From Clostridia bacterium (GTDB lineage Bacteria; Bacillota; Clostridia; Oscillospirales; CAG-272), in NCBI GenBank assembly GCA_017545225.1, contig JAFWPR010000145.1:1-61914 (forward strand): a DNA stretch of 61,914 bases, given 5' to 3'. The notes under the pieces were generated by a model. That model searched no databases. It was given only the letters and a program-made list of their open reading frames with translations, and was not told the DNA's origin. Made by a program: the position numbers and the translations under genes. Every line of letters starts with the position of its first letter. Position 1 is the stretch's first letter. Positions 20,487 to 29,356 of this stretch are shown piece by piece.

Positions 20487-21188
20487 TCAGCCGATAAAAC
20501 CGGCGATACATCTTTCGTAAGCCGCGACCGGATCGGCGGCTCCCGTCACCGCCCTGCCGACGACGATATAGTCGGAGCCGTTCTCACGGGCGAATTCCGG
20601 CGTCGCGATCCTTTTCTGATCGTCGCTGTTCCCGTCGGCGAATCTGATGCCGGGAGTCACGGTGAGGAAACTCTCGCCGCAGACCGATTTGACTCTTTTC
20701 GCCTCGAGCGGCGAGCAGACGACTCCGTCGAGCCCCGAGCGCGCGGCGAGCGCGGCGTAGCTGTCGACCGTCTTCTCGAGCGTTTCGCCGACGAGGATCT
20801 CGTCGCGGAGGCGCGCGGCGTCCGTCGAAGTCAGAACGGTCACGGCGATGAGGATCGGTCTTTCGGGGCCGCAGCCCGCCGTCAGTCCCTCGACCGCCGC
20901 CTCCATCATCGCGGAACCGCCGGACGCGTGCACGTTGACCATGTCCGCTCCGAGCGAGGAAAGCGATCTCATACCGCCTCTGACCGTGTTCGGGATGTCG
21001 TGAAGCTTGAGGTCGACGAAGACCTTATGGCCAAGCGCTTTTATCTTTCTGACGATATCGGGACCCTCGGAATAGAAGAGCTCCATGCCGATCTTGACGA
21101 ACGGCTTTCTGTCTTTGAATCGTTTCAAAAAATCGTACGTCGTTTCCGCGTCCGGGAAATCGCACGCGATTATCACGTCTTTTGCCAT
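20487..21188 (-). CDS. pyrF: orotidine 5'-phosphate decarboxylase
   Basis: The translation contains 'VIIACDF', 'FVKIGMELF' and 'VFVDLKLHDIPNTV'. The ATG at 21188 shares one nt with the pyrD stop (TGATG). Confidence 0.9.
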   Translation of the reverse strand: MAKDVIIACDFPDAETTYDFLKRFKDRKPFVKIGMELFYSEGPDIVRKIKALGHKVFVDLKLHDIPNTVRGGMRSLSSLGADMVNVHASGGSAMMEAAVEGLTAGCGPERPILIAVTVLTSTDAARLRDEILVGETLEKTVDSYAALAARSGLDGVVCSPLEAKRVKSVCGESFLTVTPGIRFADGNSDDQKRIATPEFARENGSDYIVVGRAVTGAADPVAAYERCIAGFIG

Positions 21189-22099
21189 CAGTGAGCGCCT
21201 CCGATTATTGAAGATAGATCGTCGATCCCGTATTTTTCCATCGTTTCGGGCAGATCGCGGACGATATTCCGGCACGCGAACGGGTCGCGCAGATTCGCCG
21301 CGCCGACTTCAACCGCCGTCGCGCCCGCGAGCATCATCTCGACGACGTCCTCCGCGCGGCTGACGCCGCCCATCCCGACGACGGGGATTCGGACCGCTTC
21401 GTATACGTCCCAGACCATCCGCAGAGCGACGGGCAGGACCGCGGGGCCCGAAAGGCCGCCCGTGCGGTTTCTGAGGACCGGTCTTTTAGTCTTCAGGTCG
21501 ATCCGCATACCGAGCAGAGTGTTTATAAGGCTGACGCCGTCCGCTCCCGCCGCCTCGACCGCTTTTGCGATCTTTACGATATCCGTGACGTTGGGGGAGA
21601 GCTTGACGATCACCGGCTTTTTCGTGACGCCTCTGACCGCCGCCGTCACCTCCGCGGCGGCTTCGGGGTCGGTACCGAAAGCCATGCCGCCGCCATGAAC
21701 GTTCGGACAGCTTATATTGATCTCGAACCACCCGACGTTCGGGACGGGATCGAGCTTTTCGACGGCAATGATGAAATCGGAAACGGAGAACCCGCTGACG
21801 TTCGCCATGACGGGACCGTCGAAGAGGCGGGCGAGGCGCGGGAGTTCTTCGTTCGCCACGCGGTCGGCTCCGGGATTCTGGAGCCCCACGGCGTTGAGCA
21901 TCCCGGAGGGAGTTTCAGCGATGCGCGGGGTCGGGTTGCCGAAGCGTTCTTCCGCCGTCGTGCCCTTTATCGAGATCGATCCGAGGCAGTTTATATCGTA
22001 GAGCTCGGCGAATTCGGCGCCGAAGCCGAACGTGCCGCTCGCCGGAATGACGGGGTTTTTTATCGAGGTCCCGCAGAGGACGACTTCCGTTTTTACCAT
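21188..22099 (-). CDS. pyrD: dihydroorotate dehydrogenase, catalytic subunit (class 1B)
   Basis: The translation contains '[13 protein letters not shown]', 'EINISCPNV' and 'GGLSGPA'. The ATG at 22099 is preceded by AAAGGAGG. Confidence 0.9.
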   Translation of the reverse strand: MVKTEVVLCGTSIKNPVIPASGTFGFGAEFAELYDINCLGSISIKGTTAEERFGNPTPRIAETPSGMLNAVGLQNPGADRVANEELPRLARLFDGPVMANVSGFSVSDFIIAVEKLDPVPNVGWFEINISCPNVHGGGMAFGTDPEAAAEVTAAVRGVTKKPVIVKLSPNVTDIVKIAKAVEAAGADGVSLINTLLGMRIDLKTKRPVLRNRTGGLSGPAVLPVALRMVWDVYEAVRIPVVGMGGVSRAEDVVEMMLAGATAVEVGAANLRDPFACRNIVRDLPETMEKYGIDDLSSIIGGAH

Positions 22100-22821
22100 A
22101 TCACGTCCTCCTTTGAGATCACCGGGCCGTCGCGGCAGACGCGCACGGGACCGGACTTTGTCAGCACGGAGCAGCCCATGCACGCGCCGAAGCCGCATCC
22201 CATCCTTTCCTCGAAGCTCATCTCGCCCGGGAAGGAAGTTGCCTCGGCGACCGCTCTCAGCATCGGGAGCGGGCCGCAAGCGTAGAAGTATGAGTGATCG
22301 CCGCCGATCGCGTCCGTTACGAAGCCGCGGACTCCGCGGGAGCCGTCGGCGGTCGTGACCGTGACGGGAACGCCGAGCGCGCGGAATTCGTCTTCGAGGA
22401 ATATTTCCTCAGCCGTGTTGAAGCCGAGGATGACGGACGGCGAGACGCCGTTTTTGAGAAGCTCCCGGCAGAGCCAGAACAGCGGAGGTATACCGACGCC
22501 GCCGCCGATCAGGAGCGGCTTTTCCCCCGATTTCGAAAGAGAGTAGCCGTTGCCGAGACCGGTCAGCGTATCGAGGACCGTCCCCTCTTTCGCCCCGCTC
22601 AGCGCGCGGGTGCCGTCGCCGACGACTTTGTATATCAGGGTGATCTTTCCGTCCTCTTTGTCGCAAACGGAGATCGGGCGGCGCAGATAAAAGCCGTCGA
22701 TCGCGATATTCACGAACTGGCCCGGGTTTGTGACGCCGGACGCGTCGCCGGTCAGCGTCAAACGGAGCACGTCCCGCGTCAGTTTTTCGTTTTTTTCTAT
22801 TGTAAGATAAACCTGTTTCAT
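22093..22821 (-). CDS. pyrK: dihydroorotate dehydrogenase electron-transfer subunit
   Basis: It has an FAD/NAD-binding fold and a C-terminal 2Fe-2S cysteine cluster ('[11 protein letters not shown]...VCRDGP'). The ATG at 22821 overlaps the pyrC stop (ATGA). Confidence 0.85.
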   Translation of the reverse strand: MKQVYLTIEKNEKLTRDVLRLTLTGDASGVTNPGQFVNIAIDGFYLRRPISVCDKEDGKITLIYKVVGDGTRALSGAKEGTVLDTLTGLGNGYSLSKSGEKPLLIGGGVGIPPLFWLCRELLKNGVSPSVILGFNTAEEIFLEDEFRALGVPVTVTTADGSRGVRGFVTDAIGGDHSYFYACGPLPMLRAVAEATSFPGEMSFEERMGCGFGACMGCSVLTKSGPVRVCRDGPVISKEDVIW

Positions 22822-24077
22822 TCTCGCTCCTCCTTCCCGAAGAGGAATGAAGGGTCGAAGCCCGGCTCGCGCCATACCGCGCGGCCTCCGCAGACCGTCA
22901 TTTTACATTTGCCGAAAACGCTCATGCCCTTGAACGGGGTGCTTCTGCCCTTCGACTTGAAGGCGTCGGGGTCAACCGTGTATTCCTCGGAGAGGTCCCA
23001 CACCGCCCAGTCGTTTTCGGGATCGAGCGGGATCCGGAAACGGCGCGCGGGCGCGCCGCTCATCAGCTCGACGAGGCGGGAGAGCGGCAGGACGCCGCCG
23101 AGGACGAGCTTCGTGTACAGGACCGGGAAAGCGGTCTCGAGCCCGACGACGCCCATCAGGGAGTCGCGAAGCCCCCGCGATTTCTCCGTCACGGAGTGCG
23201 GAGCGTGGTCGGTCGCGATCATGTCGACCGTTCCGTCGAGCAGCCCCTCGATCAGCGCGAGTCGGTCGGACTCCGAGCGGAGCGGAGGGTTCATCTTGAA
23301 GTCGCCGTCCTCGCGAAGGTCGGCGTCGGAAAGAACAAGGTAGTGAGGCGCGGTCTCGCACGTGACGTCGACGCCCTCCGCCTTCGCGGCGCGGATGAGC
23401 GCGACGCTCTGTTTCGTCGAGACGTGGCAGACGTGATAGGAAACGCCCGTCTCGCGGGCGAGCGCGAGGTCGCGCTCGATCTGCCGCCATTCGCTTTCGG
23501 CGGAGATGCCGCGGTGACCGTGAAGGCGGGCGTACTGCCCGTCGTTGATATACCCGCCCGCCCGAAGGGCGAGGTCTTCGCAGTGCGCGGCGACGGGTTT
23601 GCCGAGAGCCGCCGCTCTCGTCATCGCCTCTTTCATGAGGGAGGCGTCTTCAAGCCCCACGCCGTCGTCGGAGAACCCGACCACGTACGGGGCGATCCCG
23701 GACAGATCCGCGACCTCCTCGCCGCGCTCGCCGCGGGTGATCGAGCCGTAGGGATAAACGCGAACGACGGCGTCCTTTTCGATCGCCGCGAGCGTCGGTC
23801 CAAGCGCCGAAAGAGAGTCCGGGACCGGCGAGACGTTCGGCATCGGGCAGACGGCGACGTAGCCGCCCGCCGCCGCGGCGAGAGTCCCCGACGCGACCGT
23901 TTCTTTATACAAAAATCCCGGCTCTCGAAGGTGCACGTGCACGTCGACCAAGCCGGGGAGTACAGTTATTCCGTTTTTCGGGTCAGAGGGCACTTCCGCC
24001 GAAGTGAACTCCTCCCTGACAGAGGACAGCGGGGGGAGCGAGCAGGCAATTTCGGCGAATCTCTCAAGGCAGGCCAT
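22818..24077 (-). CDS. pyrC: dihydroorotase
   Basis: The translation contains 'PGLVDVHVHLREPG', 'HCED' and 'ATDHAPH'. The ATG at 24077 lies 7 nt after GGAGG, and the N-terminal beta-domain looks shortened. Confidence 0.85.
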   Translation of the reverse strand: MACLERFAEIACSLPPLSSVREEFTSAEVPSDPKNGITVLPGLVDVHVHLREPGFLYKETVASGTLAAAAGGYVAVCPMPNVSPVPDSLSALGPTLAAIEKDAVVRVYPYGSITRGERGEEVADLSGIAPYVVGFSDDGVGLEDASLMKEAMTRAAALGKPVAAHCEDLALRAGGYINDGQYARLHGHRGISAESEWRQIERDLALARETGVSYHVCHVSTKQSVALIRAAKAEGVDVTCETAPHYLVLSDADLREDGDFKMNPPLRSESDRLALIEGLLDGTVDMIATDHAPHSVTEKSRGLRDSLMGVVGLETAFPVLYTKLVLGGVLPLSRLVELMSGAPARRFRIPLDPENDWAVWDLSEEYTVDPDAFKSKGRSTPFKGMSVFGKCKMTVCGGRAVWREPGFDPSFLFGKEERE

Positions 24078-24109
24078 CGCTTTCCCTCCGTTTGTTTCAT
24101 TACGTAAAA

Positions 24110-24139
24110 ATTGTACCATATAAATATACTTTATGTCAA
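24110..24139 (-). promoter_or_regulatory. promoter of the pyr(-pur) cluster
   Basis: On the minus strand: TTGACA (24139-24134), an 18-nt spacer, then TACAAT (24115-24110). That leaves a leader of only about 30 nt before the pyrC ATG. Confidence 0.5.
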
Positions 24140-24173
24140 CGGTTTTCGACCCCTAAATCGCCCCTTCGAGCAG

Positions 24174-24204
24174 AAAAAAAACGGGCGATTTCCCGCCCGT
24201 TTTT
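24174..24204 (-). terminator. rho-independent terminator (second of a tandem pair) insulating the pyr promoter
   Basis: The stem is acgggcg/cgcccgt with a 6-nt loop. On the minus strand it is followed by T7. Confidence 0.6.
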
Positions 24205-24220
24205 GTATCTTTTTACCCGA

Positions 24221-24253
24221 GGAAAAACCGGAACGGTTTCTACCGTTCCGGTT
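24221..24253 (-). terminator. rho-independent terminator of the zinc-ribbon/repeat protein gene
   Basis: A 12-bp stem aaccggaacggt/accgttccggtt with loop ttct is followed on the minus strand by a T run. It lies 33 nt downstream of the stop at 24286. Confidence 0.65.
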
Positions 24254-24285
24254 CTCATTTACAACTCAAAAGTAACAGCCTAAAC

Positions 24286-26247
24286 TCAATATGTTATTCT
24301 TACTGTTTCTGAAGCAAGTATTTCTCCATTTGAATCAAGAATTTCGAATTTGCAAGAGCCAGTTGCTCCATACAGGTAATCATTATAATACGCGCAACAC
24401 CATCCGGAATAACCACTACTGACATCATCAATAGTATCCGATAATACTTGACCAGATGGCAGTGTTATTCGATACTGAAGAGTGGTATTCTCTTCATATT
24501 CCCCACCTTGAACTCTAATATGACCATAAAACGTTTCACTTCTACTAATGGTACTTTTTGAGTCGTAGCTGTCTTCTTCATCGTTAATTAAAAGCCCAAC
24601 TCGCCATCTTGTTAAATCACTATATATTTCCGAACTGTCTTTGTAATTCAGTTGAGATAATTCTTTCGCATATTGATAATAAAGCTCTTCATCAAAACAT
24701 TCGTCTAAATATTTCCAACGGCTTGAAGATATAGTAGTTTTCAAATCATTGAAAATTAAAGCAGAATTCAAACTATCATTCATTTTTTCTAAATAATGTT
24801 TAATGAATTCGTATTTTGTCTCGAGTATTTTTTCGTCGGAATCAAGATAACCGGACAATTCTTCATATGCTTGAACTGCGTTTATGTAATTCCCCCTTTT
24901 CACCATTCTTTCCGCACTGTCATATTTGTTCTTTTGGAGTAATGTATTTGCTTGATCAATTAGTTCTTTCGCTTCCTCATTATCGTTTCCCGCAAGTATT
25001 CCTATCGCCCTGTTTAAACTATCGTTTTCGTTTCTGTTTATCAAAGATTTCGCGTAATTCAATATCAAGTCATCTTTGAATGAGAGATCATAGGCAGATA
25101 AATCATTCTCTTCTTTATTTTTTGTCAAACTAATATAGTTCTCATATGACTTTTCATAATTGCCTTTTTCATAATAATACTTAGAAACATGATAATAACA
25201 GTCATCGATTTTCGACCCAACATCATAATCGGATTGGATTTGAACAAACAGATTCAACGCATCTTCATACTTTTCGACAGAAAAAAGATCGTTCGCTTGA
25301 TTATAAAGACACTCATCGTGTCTTTTCTTAGAGTCTTTATAGGTAATAATTTTTTCATATATGTTTGCTGCGTTTTGATAATCTTTATTTTCTAATAACT
25401 GCTCGGCTGTTCTATAATCACATTCTTGACTATAATCTTTAGAATCTTTGTATCCGGCTAATCTATCAAACAAGTTTTTGGCTGATTCGTAATCTCCATT
25501 TTCAAGCAATTGCTCTGCTTTTCTGTAATTACACTCGTTAACCAAATCTTTTGAGTCCTTAAAATCTCCGAGACCGTCAAACATTGAAATAGCTTCATCG
25601 TACGCCCCGCCGTTCATTTTCCCATTTGCGATCGCGTATTTGATGTTGTCGAGATTCAATACCAAAGCGACGACGGCCCCTGCAAGCACAAGCGCAACGG
25701 CAGCGACTACCGCAATCACTTTGACCGTCTTCCTTGTTCGTTTTTTCCTTTCGGCGATCTTTTCTTTTTTCGCCCGCTCAGATTCTCTTGCCTGTTCTTT
25801 CTTTTGTCTTATTTCTTCAACTGGTACTCCCTTGACGTTTGCTTCGAGCGCCTCTTTGTCCAGCACAAGGCCCGCGGGAACATATTCCGAATCGTTCCCG
25901 TTAGGATTGAAATAAACCGATTTGCATAAAGAACCGTTTACGAAAAGGTTGTATTTCTTAACGCTTGTTCCGGTATCCGTCACCTCAAATTCCCACTCAA
26001 AAGGATCCCCCGCCTCATTTCTGAGAGAGGCCAGATAATTACCGATCATTGCGACGGAAGACACGACAATGGGATTGTCCTCGCTGTAGCCGTAGTCTTT
26101 ATCATAGAATCTCTGACTTTCTGTCAGCGCCTTCTTTTCATCGACACGTTCGGCTATGTTCTCCTCGGGCAATTTCACTTCCCAGCCGCAATAAGGACAG
26201 AATACACTGTTGTCCGGAATCTTCTTCTTACATTCGAGACACTTCAT
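24286..26247 (-). CDS. zinc-ribbon / single-TM / TPR-like 'YKDS' repeat protein
   Basis: It has an N-terminal zinc ribbon 'CLECKKKIPDNSVFCPYCG', a cytoplasmic domain of about 170 aa and a TM helix 'VIAVVAAVALVLAGAVVALVL'. After that come repeats of the pattern 'G.Y..A...F..L.GYKDS......C.Y' and a C-terminal beta-rich domain. The start ATG at 26247 lies 5 nt after GGAGG. The gene is AT-rich. Confidence 0.7.
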   Translation of the reverse strand: MKCLECKKKIPDNSVFCPYCGWEVKLPEENIAERVDEKKALTESQRFYDKDYGYSEDNPIVVSSVAMIGNYLASLRNEAGDPFEWEFEVTDTGTSVKKYNLFVNGSLCKSVYFNPNGNDSEYVPAGLVLDKEALEANVKGVPVEEIRQKKEQARESERAKKEKIAERKKRTRKTVKVIAVVAAVALVLAGAVVALVLNLDNIKYAIANGKMNGGAYDEAISMFDGLGDFKDSKDLVNECNYRKAEQLLENGDYESAKNLFDRLAGYKDSKDYSQECDYRTAEQLLENKDYQNAANIYEKIITYKDSKKRHDECLYNQANDLFSVEKYEDALNLFVQIQSDYDVGSKIDDCYYHVSKYYYEKGNYEKSYENYISLTKNKEENDLSAYDLSFKDDLILNYAKSLINRNENDSLNRAIGILAGNDNEEAKELIDQANTLLQKNKYDSAERMVKRGNYINAVQAYEELSGYLDSDEKILETKYEFIKHYLEKMNDSLNSALIFNDLKTTISSSRWKYLDECFDEELYYQYAKELSQLNYKDSSEIYSDLTRWRVGLLINDEEDSYDSKSTISRSETFYGHIRVQGGEYEENTTLQYRITLPSGQVLSDTIDDVSSGYSGWCCAYYNDYLYGATGSCKFEILDSNGEILASETVRITY

Positions 26248-26265
26248 AGCGACCTCCAAACGATT

Positions 26266-27174
26266 TTATGATAATTCTTTTCCGCAGCTATTGCAGCGCT
26301 TCCATCCTTTTTCTACGGGTTTCCCGCAATATCTGCAAAATGCGACTCTATTTCGTTTTTTCAAGATAATAATGATGATAAGCCCGACAATCACGCAAGC
26401 GGACAGTACTGCAACAACAATAACTGTGATTATTTGTAACAATCGGGCATGCTGATTATAACTGATACCGTTTTCCTCAATCAAGTCGATCAGTTCGGAT
26501 ACCGAGATCGCCCAGTATATGCCCTGAACGTCAGAATCGGTCACCCCGTACGTGTTGATTCCGATCACGTCTCCGTTTTCGTTGAGCAGCGGTCCTCCGG
26601 AATTGCCGGAGTTGATCGGTGCGCTTATCTGAATCATTTCAGCGCTTTTGTCATAAGCAGTTATACCGTTTCGCACGGAACTTACTATTCCGTCCGTAAT
26701 GGTCACGTCTTCACTGGAAAACGAGAAATCGTCCGATATGTAATCCGCTGCAGCCGGGAACCCGACGGTATAAACGGAGTCACCTTTGGAAACTGTCCCT
26801 TTTTTCAAAGTCAACGGAGTGAAATCAAGAGGGTCTTCGGTATATATTACGGCAAGGTCTTTGCCGACGTCTGACGCTTTTACTTTCGCGTCGTGAAACT
26901 CTCCGCTTGAGTCTACAACGTAGATACCGATCGGATTTTCTTCGATAACGTGATAGTTCGTCGCAAAATACAGCCGCCCGTCCTCGTTTGAAACAGCAAA
27001 GCCGCTTCCCGACGAAAAACCGTCGCGATACTCCGCTACGATTTTAACGACGGACTCCGATGAAGACAACACCTTTCTCGGTATCGATCCGACCGCGTTA
27101 GTCGAAACGATCGCGCAAAATGCGACAACTAAGCACAGAAAAACGCACTGTATTCTACGAATAACATTTTTCAT
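26266..27174 (-). CDS. membrane-anchored trypsin-like (S1/HtrA-like) serine protease with C-terminal zinc ribbon
   Basis: It has a signal/anchor 'CVFLCLVVAFCAIVS' and catalytic triad contexts 'TNYHVIE', 'GKDLAVIY' and 'NSGNSGGPLL'. These are followed by a TM helix 'ITVIVVAVLSACVIVGLIIIIIL' and a zinc ribbon 'FCRYCGKPVEKGWKRCNSCG'. Confidence 0.8.
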   Translation of the reverse strand: MKNVIRRIQCVFLCLVVAFCAIVSTNAVGSIPRKVLSSSESVVKIVAEYRDGFSSGSGFAVSNEDGRLYFATNYHVIEENPIGIYVVDSSGEFHDAKVKASDVGKDLAVIYTEDPLDFTPLTLKKGTVSKGDSVYTVGFPAAADYISDDFSFSSEDVTITDGIVSSVRNGITAYDKSAEMIQISAPINSGNSGGPLLNENGDVIGINTYGVTDSDVQGIYWAISVSELIDLIEENGISYNQHARLLQIITVIVVAVLSACVIVGLIIIIILKKRNRVAFCRYCGKPVEKGWKRCNSCGKELS

Positions 27175-27410
27175 CGCTTACTCTTCCGGTTCTTGGTTTT
27201 AATTTTTATTCAAATATTATTTTACCATATCGGACATATAAAAGCAATAAATCTCAACATGCGTCAAGAACGATAAGAGTGAAGTTGTCGAGATGATGAT
27301 GCTGAAAGCGAATAGACAGACGATTGCAAGTATGTTATACTTAAGATAGTTTCTTAACCTAATGGGAAACGCTTTTTATTTATGATAAATATATGCCAGA
27401 AGGAGTTTTT

Positions 27411-28151
27411 ATGGATACCGGAAACGAAAAAGAAATCGATTTCGATTTATACACAATGCTTAACAAACGGAGCGAAGAAATGAAGGATTTCTATGTGCCA
27501 TTTTTTGAAAACGAAAACGACTTAAATAGATTAATGGAGTTAGCCTCTGACTATGACGACAAGAATTCACAGATCAGATTATCTATCCTTCAAATCTACA
27601 ATTTTGTGTCTTTGGCGAACGATATAGAGACAATTCGCCCTGCCAGGGATCCTCTGAGAATATTTTTTTTGAAAACATGTATGGACTCACTCTATAATAT
27701 ATCCGGTGAAAACAATAAAAAAACATTTTACAAAGAATTTGAAAAGAGTTTCAGCGAAGAGGGGAAATCGTACATCCTCTCTCACTTCAAGTATATGGGT
27801 CTGTCAATATTTGAAAAAATGAGCCCTGAGCAAATAGTAAAAAACAATAAGTATAATAAACCATTCAAATTGAATCATTTTTTGAATCTTATGAAAGCGG
27901 TACGTGATATGGTAGTACATGATGGGGATTATTGGTCAACACAGTTTTTTGCTCAAGACGATGATTCTTTTTGGTCAACTGAAATAAATACGAAAGAAGA
28001 TATTCTCGAAACAGGTTGTAAAGAGCAGAAAGAATATAGTTTTTATACAACGTTAGAGTATTCTAAATTTATCGATTATTTTGTAGAGGCGTGTGTAAGG
28101 TTCATTTGCAAAAAACATAAAAACCTCATTTGCGGTCAAGAAAATAATTAA
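27411..28151 (+). CDS. hypothetical protein with HEPN-like R-x4-H motif (orphan)
   Basis: The ATG at 27411 lies 5 nt after AGGAG (the listed ORF start at 27393 overlaps the RBS). The 246-aa product carries the motif 'KAVRDMVVHDG' (R165..H170, nt 27903-27920). The gene is very AT-rich and I recognise no family for it. Confidence 0.6.
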   Translation: MDTGNEKEIDFDLYTMLNKRSEEMKDFYVPFFENENDLNRLMELASDYDDKNSQIRLSILQIYNFVSLANDIETIRPARDPLRIFFLKTCMDSLYNISGENNKKTFYKEFEKSFSEEGKSYILSHFKYMGLSIFEKMSPEQIVKNNKYNKPFKLNHFLNLMKAVRDMVVHDGDYWSTQFFAQDDDSFWSTEINTKEDILETGCKEQKEYSFYTTLEYSKFIDYFVEACVRFICKKHKNLICGQENN

Positions 28152-28325
28152 AAATATGACCATCACTATACTTATTTCATTCAGAACGCATTTCTCGATA
28201 GTCTTGAGTCAATAAAACTTACTTGATGATTTGTCTTATCCCCCTGTAACAGATTGCCTTTCTTATACTCTGCTTTGGAACATCTTTTTCTCATGTAATC
28301 ATATTTTCGAAAGGAACTCTAATAA

Positions 28326-29282
28326 ATGGATACATCAAAAGAAATTTTGGAAAAAGCACTTGAATTTGAAAAAAGAAAAAACCCCGGTTTTATCAATTAC
28401 TTATTAAATAAATCTAATTCATCTGATGAAATAAAATCATTCGGTTTGTATGTAATAAAAAAAACTGAATCAATTAAACTAGCTACAATTGATTCTGAAT
28501 TTCAAAACGACATAATAAAAAAAGTTTTTAAAGATAGAGAGTTGTTTCAAAACAACCTAAGAAATAAATGGGGACATTGCTTTGACCTTTCAACAATACT
28601 ACGAGTATCCGTATCGAGTCTTACTGATAAACACATAAAGTACGTTGAAAAATGTTACTCAAAAAATGAATTACCTGAAAAGGAAAATACGTGGATTTGC
28701 TTGAAATACCTTCTTGGGAGGGCAATCCAGGTATATGCAGAAATAATGTGTTTGGTTGAAAATGGTTTCCCGGACGCAGCTTTAGCTCGATGGAGAACAC
28801 TTTATGAATTAACCTGTTCTGCTGAGTTTATTAACAACAATGGAGAACAGGTTGCAAAGGCCTTTAAGGAATATGATAATAGAAACAGCAATTATGAATG
28901 GGCTAATAAAGCAAAGTGCTTTGCAGGCCAAGATTTCGTTTCTTTTCATAGTATTGAAAAACAATGCGACTTTTCTAAAAGTGGTTGGAACAAGGTTAAA
29001 AAACTCGCCCATCTACCTATACATGTAGGTGCAAACGGAACGTTTAGTAGAGCAGGGCTCGAAAAAAACAAACCAATTCCAATAGGACCAGTAGAAAGTG
29101 GGATTGCTTTTCCGGCTACTCAAGCAGCGTATATGTTAGGAATCATTTCAACCATATTTTTCTCATCTTTTGTAAACATAGATTCTGCAATTAATAGTTA
29201 TCTTATTTACGATTTGGTTGAAATGACTGTAAATAAGTATTACCAAGTTTTCGAGACACAAACCAGTGACATTTCGAAATAA
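28326..29282 (+). CDS. hypothetical protein, AbiV/DUF5677-like core with an N-terminal RNxxxH motif
   Basis: The 318-aa product carries 'NLRNKWGHCF' (R79..H84, nt 28560-28577). A central helix pair 'LLGRAIQVYAEIMCLVENGFPDAALARWRTLYELTCSAEFI' resembles the DUF5677/AbiV consensus as I recall it. This assignment is unverified. Confidence 0.6.
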   Translation: MDTSKEILEKALEFEKRKNPGFINYLLNKSNSSDEIKSFGLYVIKKTESIKLATIDSEFQNDIIKKVFKDRELFQNNLRNKWGHCFDLSTILRVSVSSLTDKHIKYVEKCYSKNELPEKENTWICLKYLLGRAIQVYAEIMCLVENGFPDAALARWRTLYELTCSAEFINNNGEQVAKAFKEYDNRNSNYEWANKAKCFAGQDFVSFHSIEKQCDFSKSGWNKVKKLAHLPIHVGANGTFSRAGLEKNKPIPIGPVESGIAFPATQAAYMLGIISTIFFSSFVNIDSAINSYLIYDLVEMTVNKYYQVFETQTSDISK

Positions 29283-29356
29283 TAGTAACGAGAATACGAA
29301 GATCCCCGGCGTTCTTGCTGGGGATCTTGCTGTATGATTGCGTAAAACTCGCTTTA

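Noticed and set aside
24078-24285. I looked for a PyrR attenuator here upstream of pyrC. I also looked for a purine/ZTP riboswitch in 17610-17955, a T-box upstream of serS (31721-31778) and an S-box upstream of metF (35399-35576).
   Set aside because: The leaders are too short (about 30-60 nt) or are filled by REP hairpins, and I could not recognise the conserved cores by eye. A covariance-model scan is still needed to be sure.
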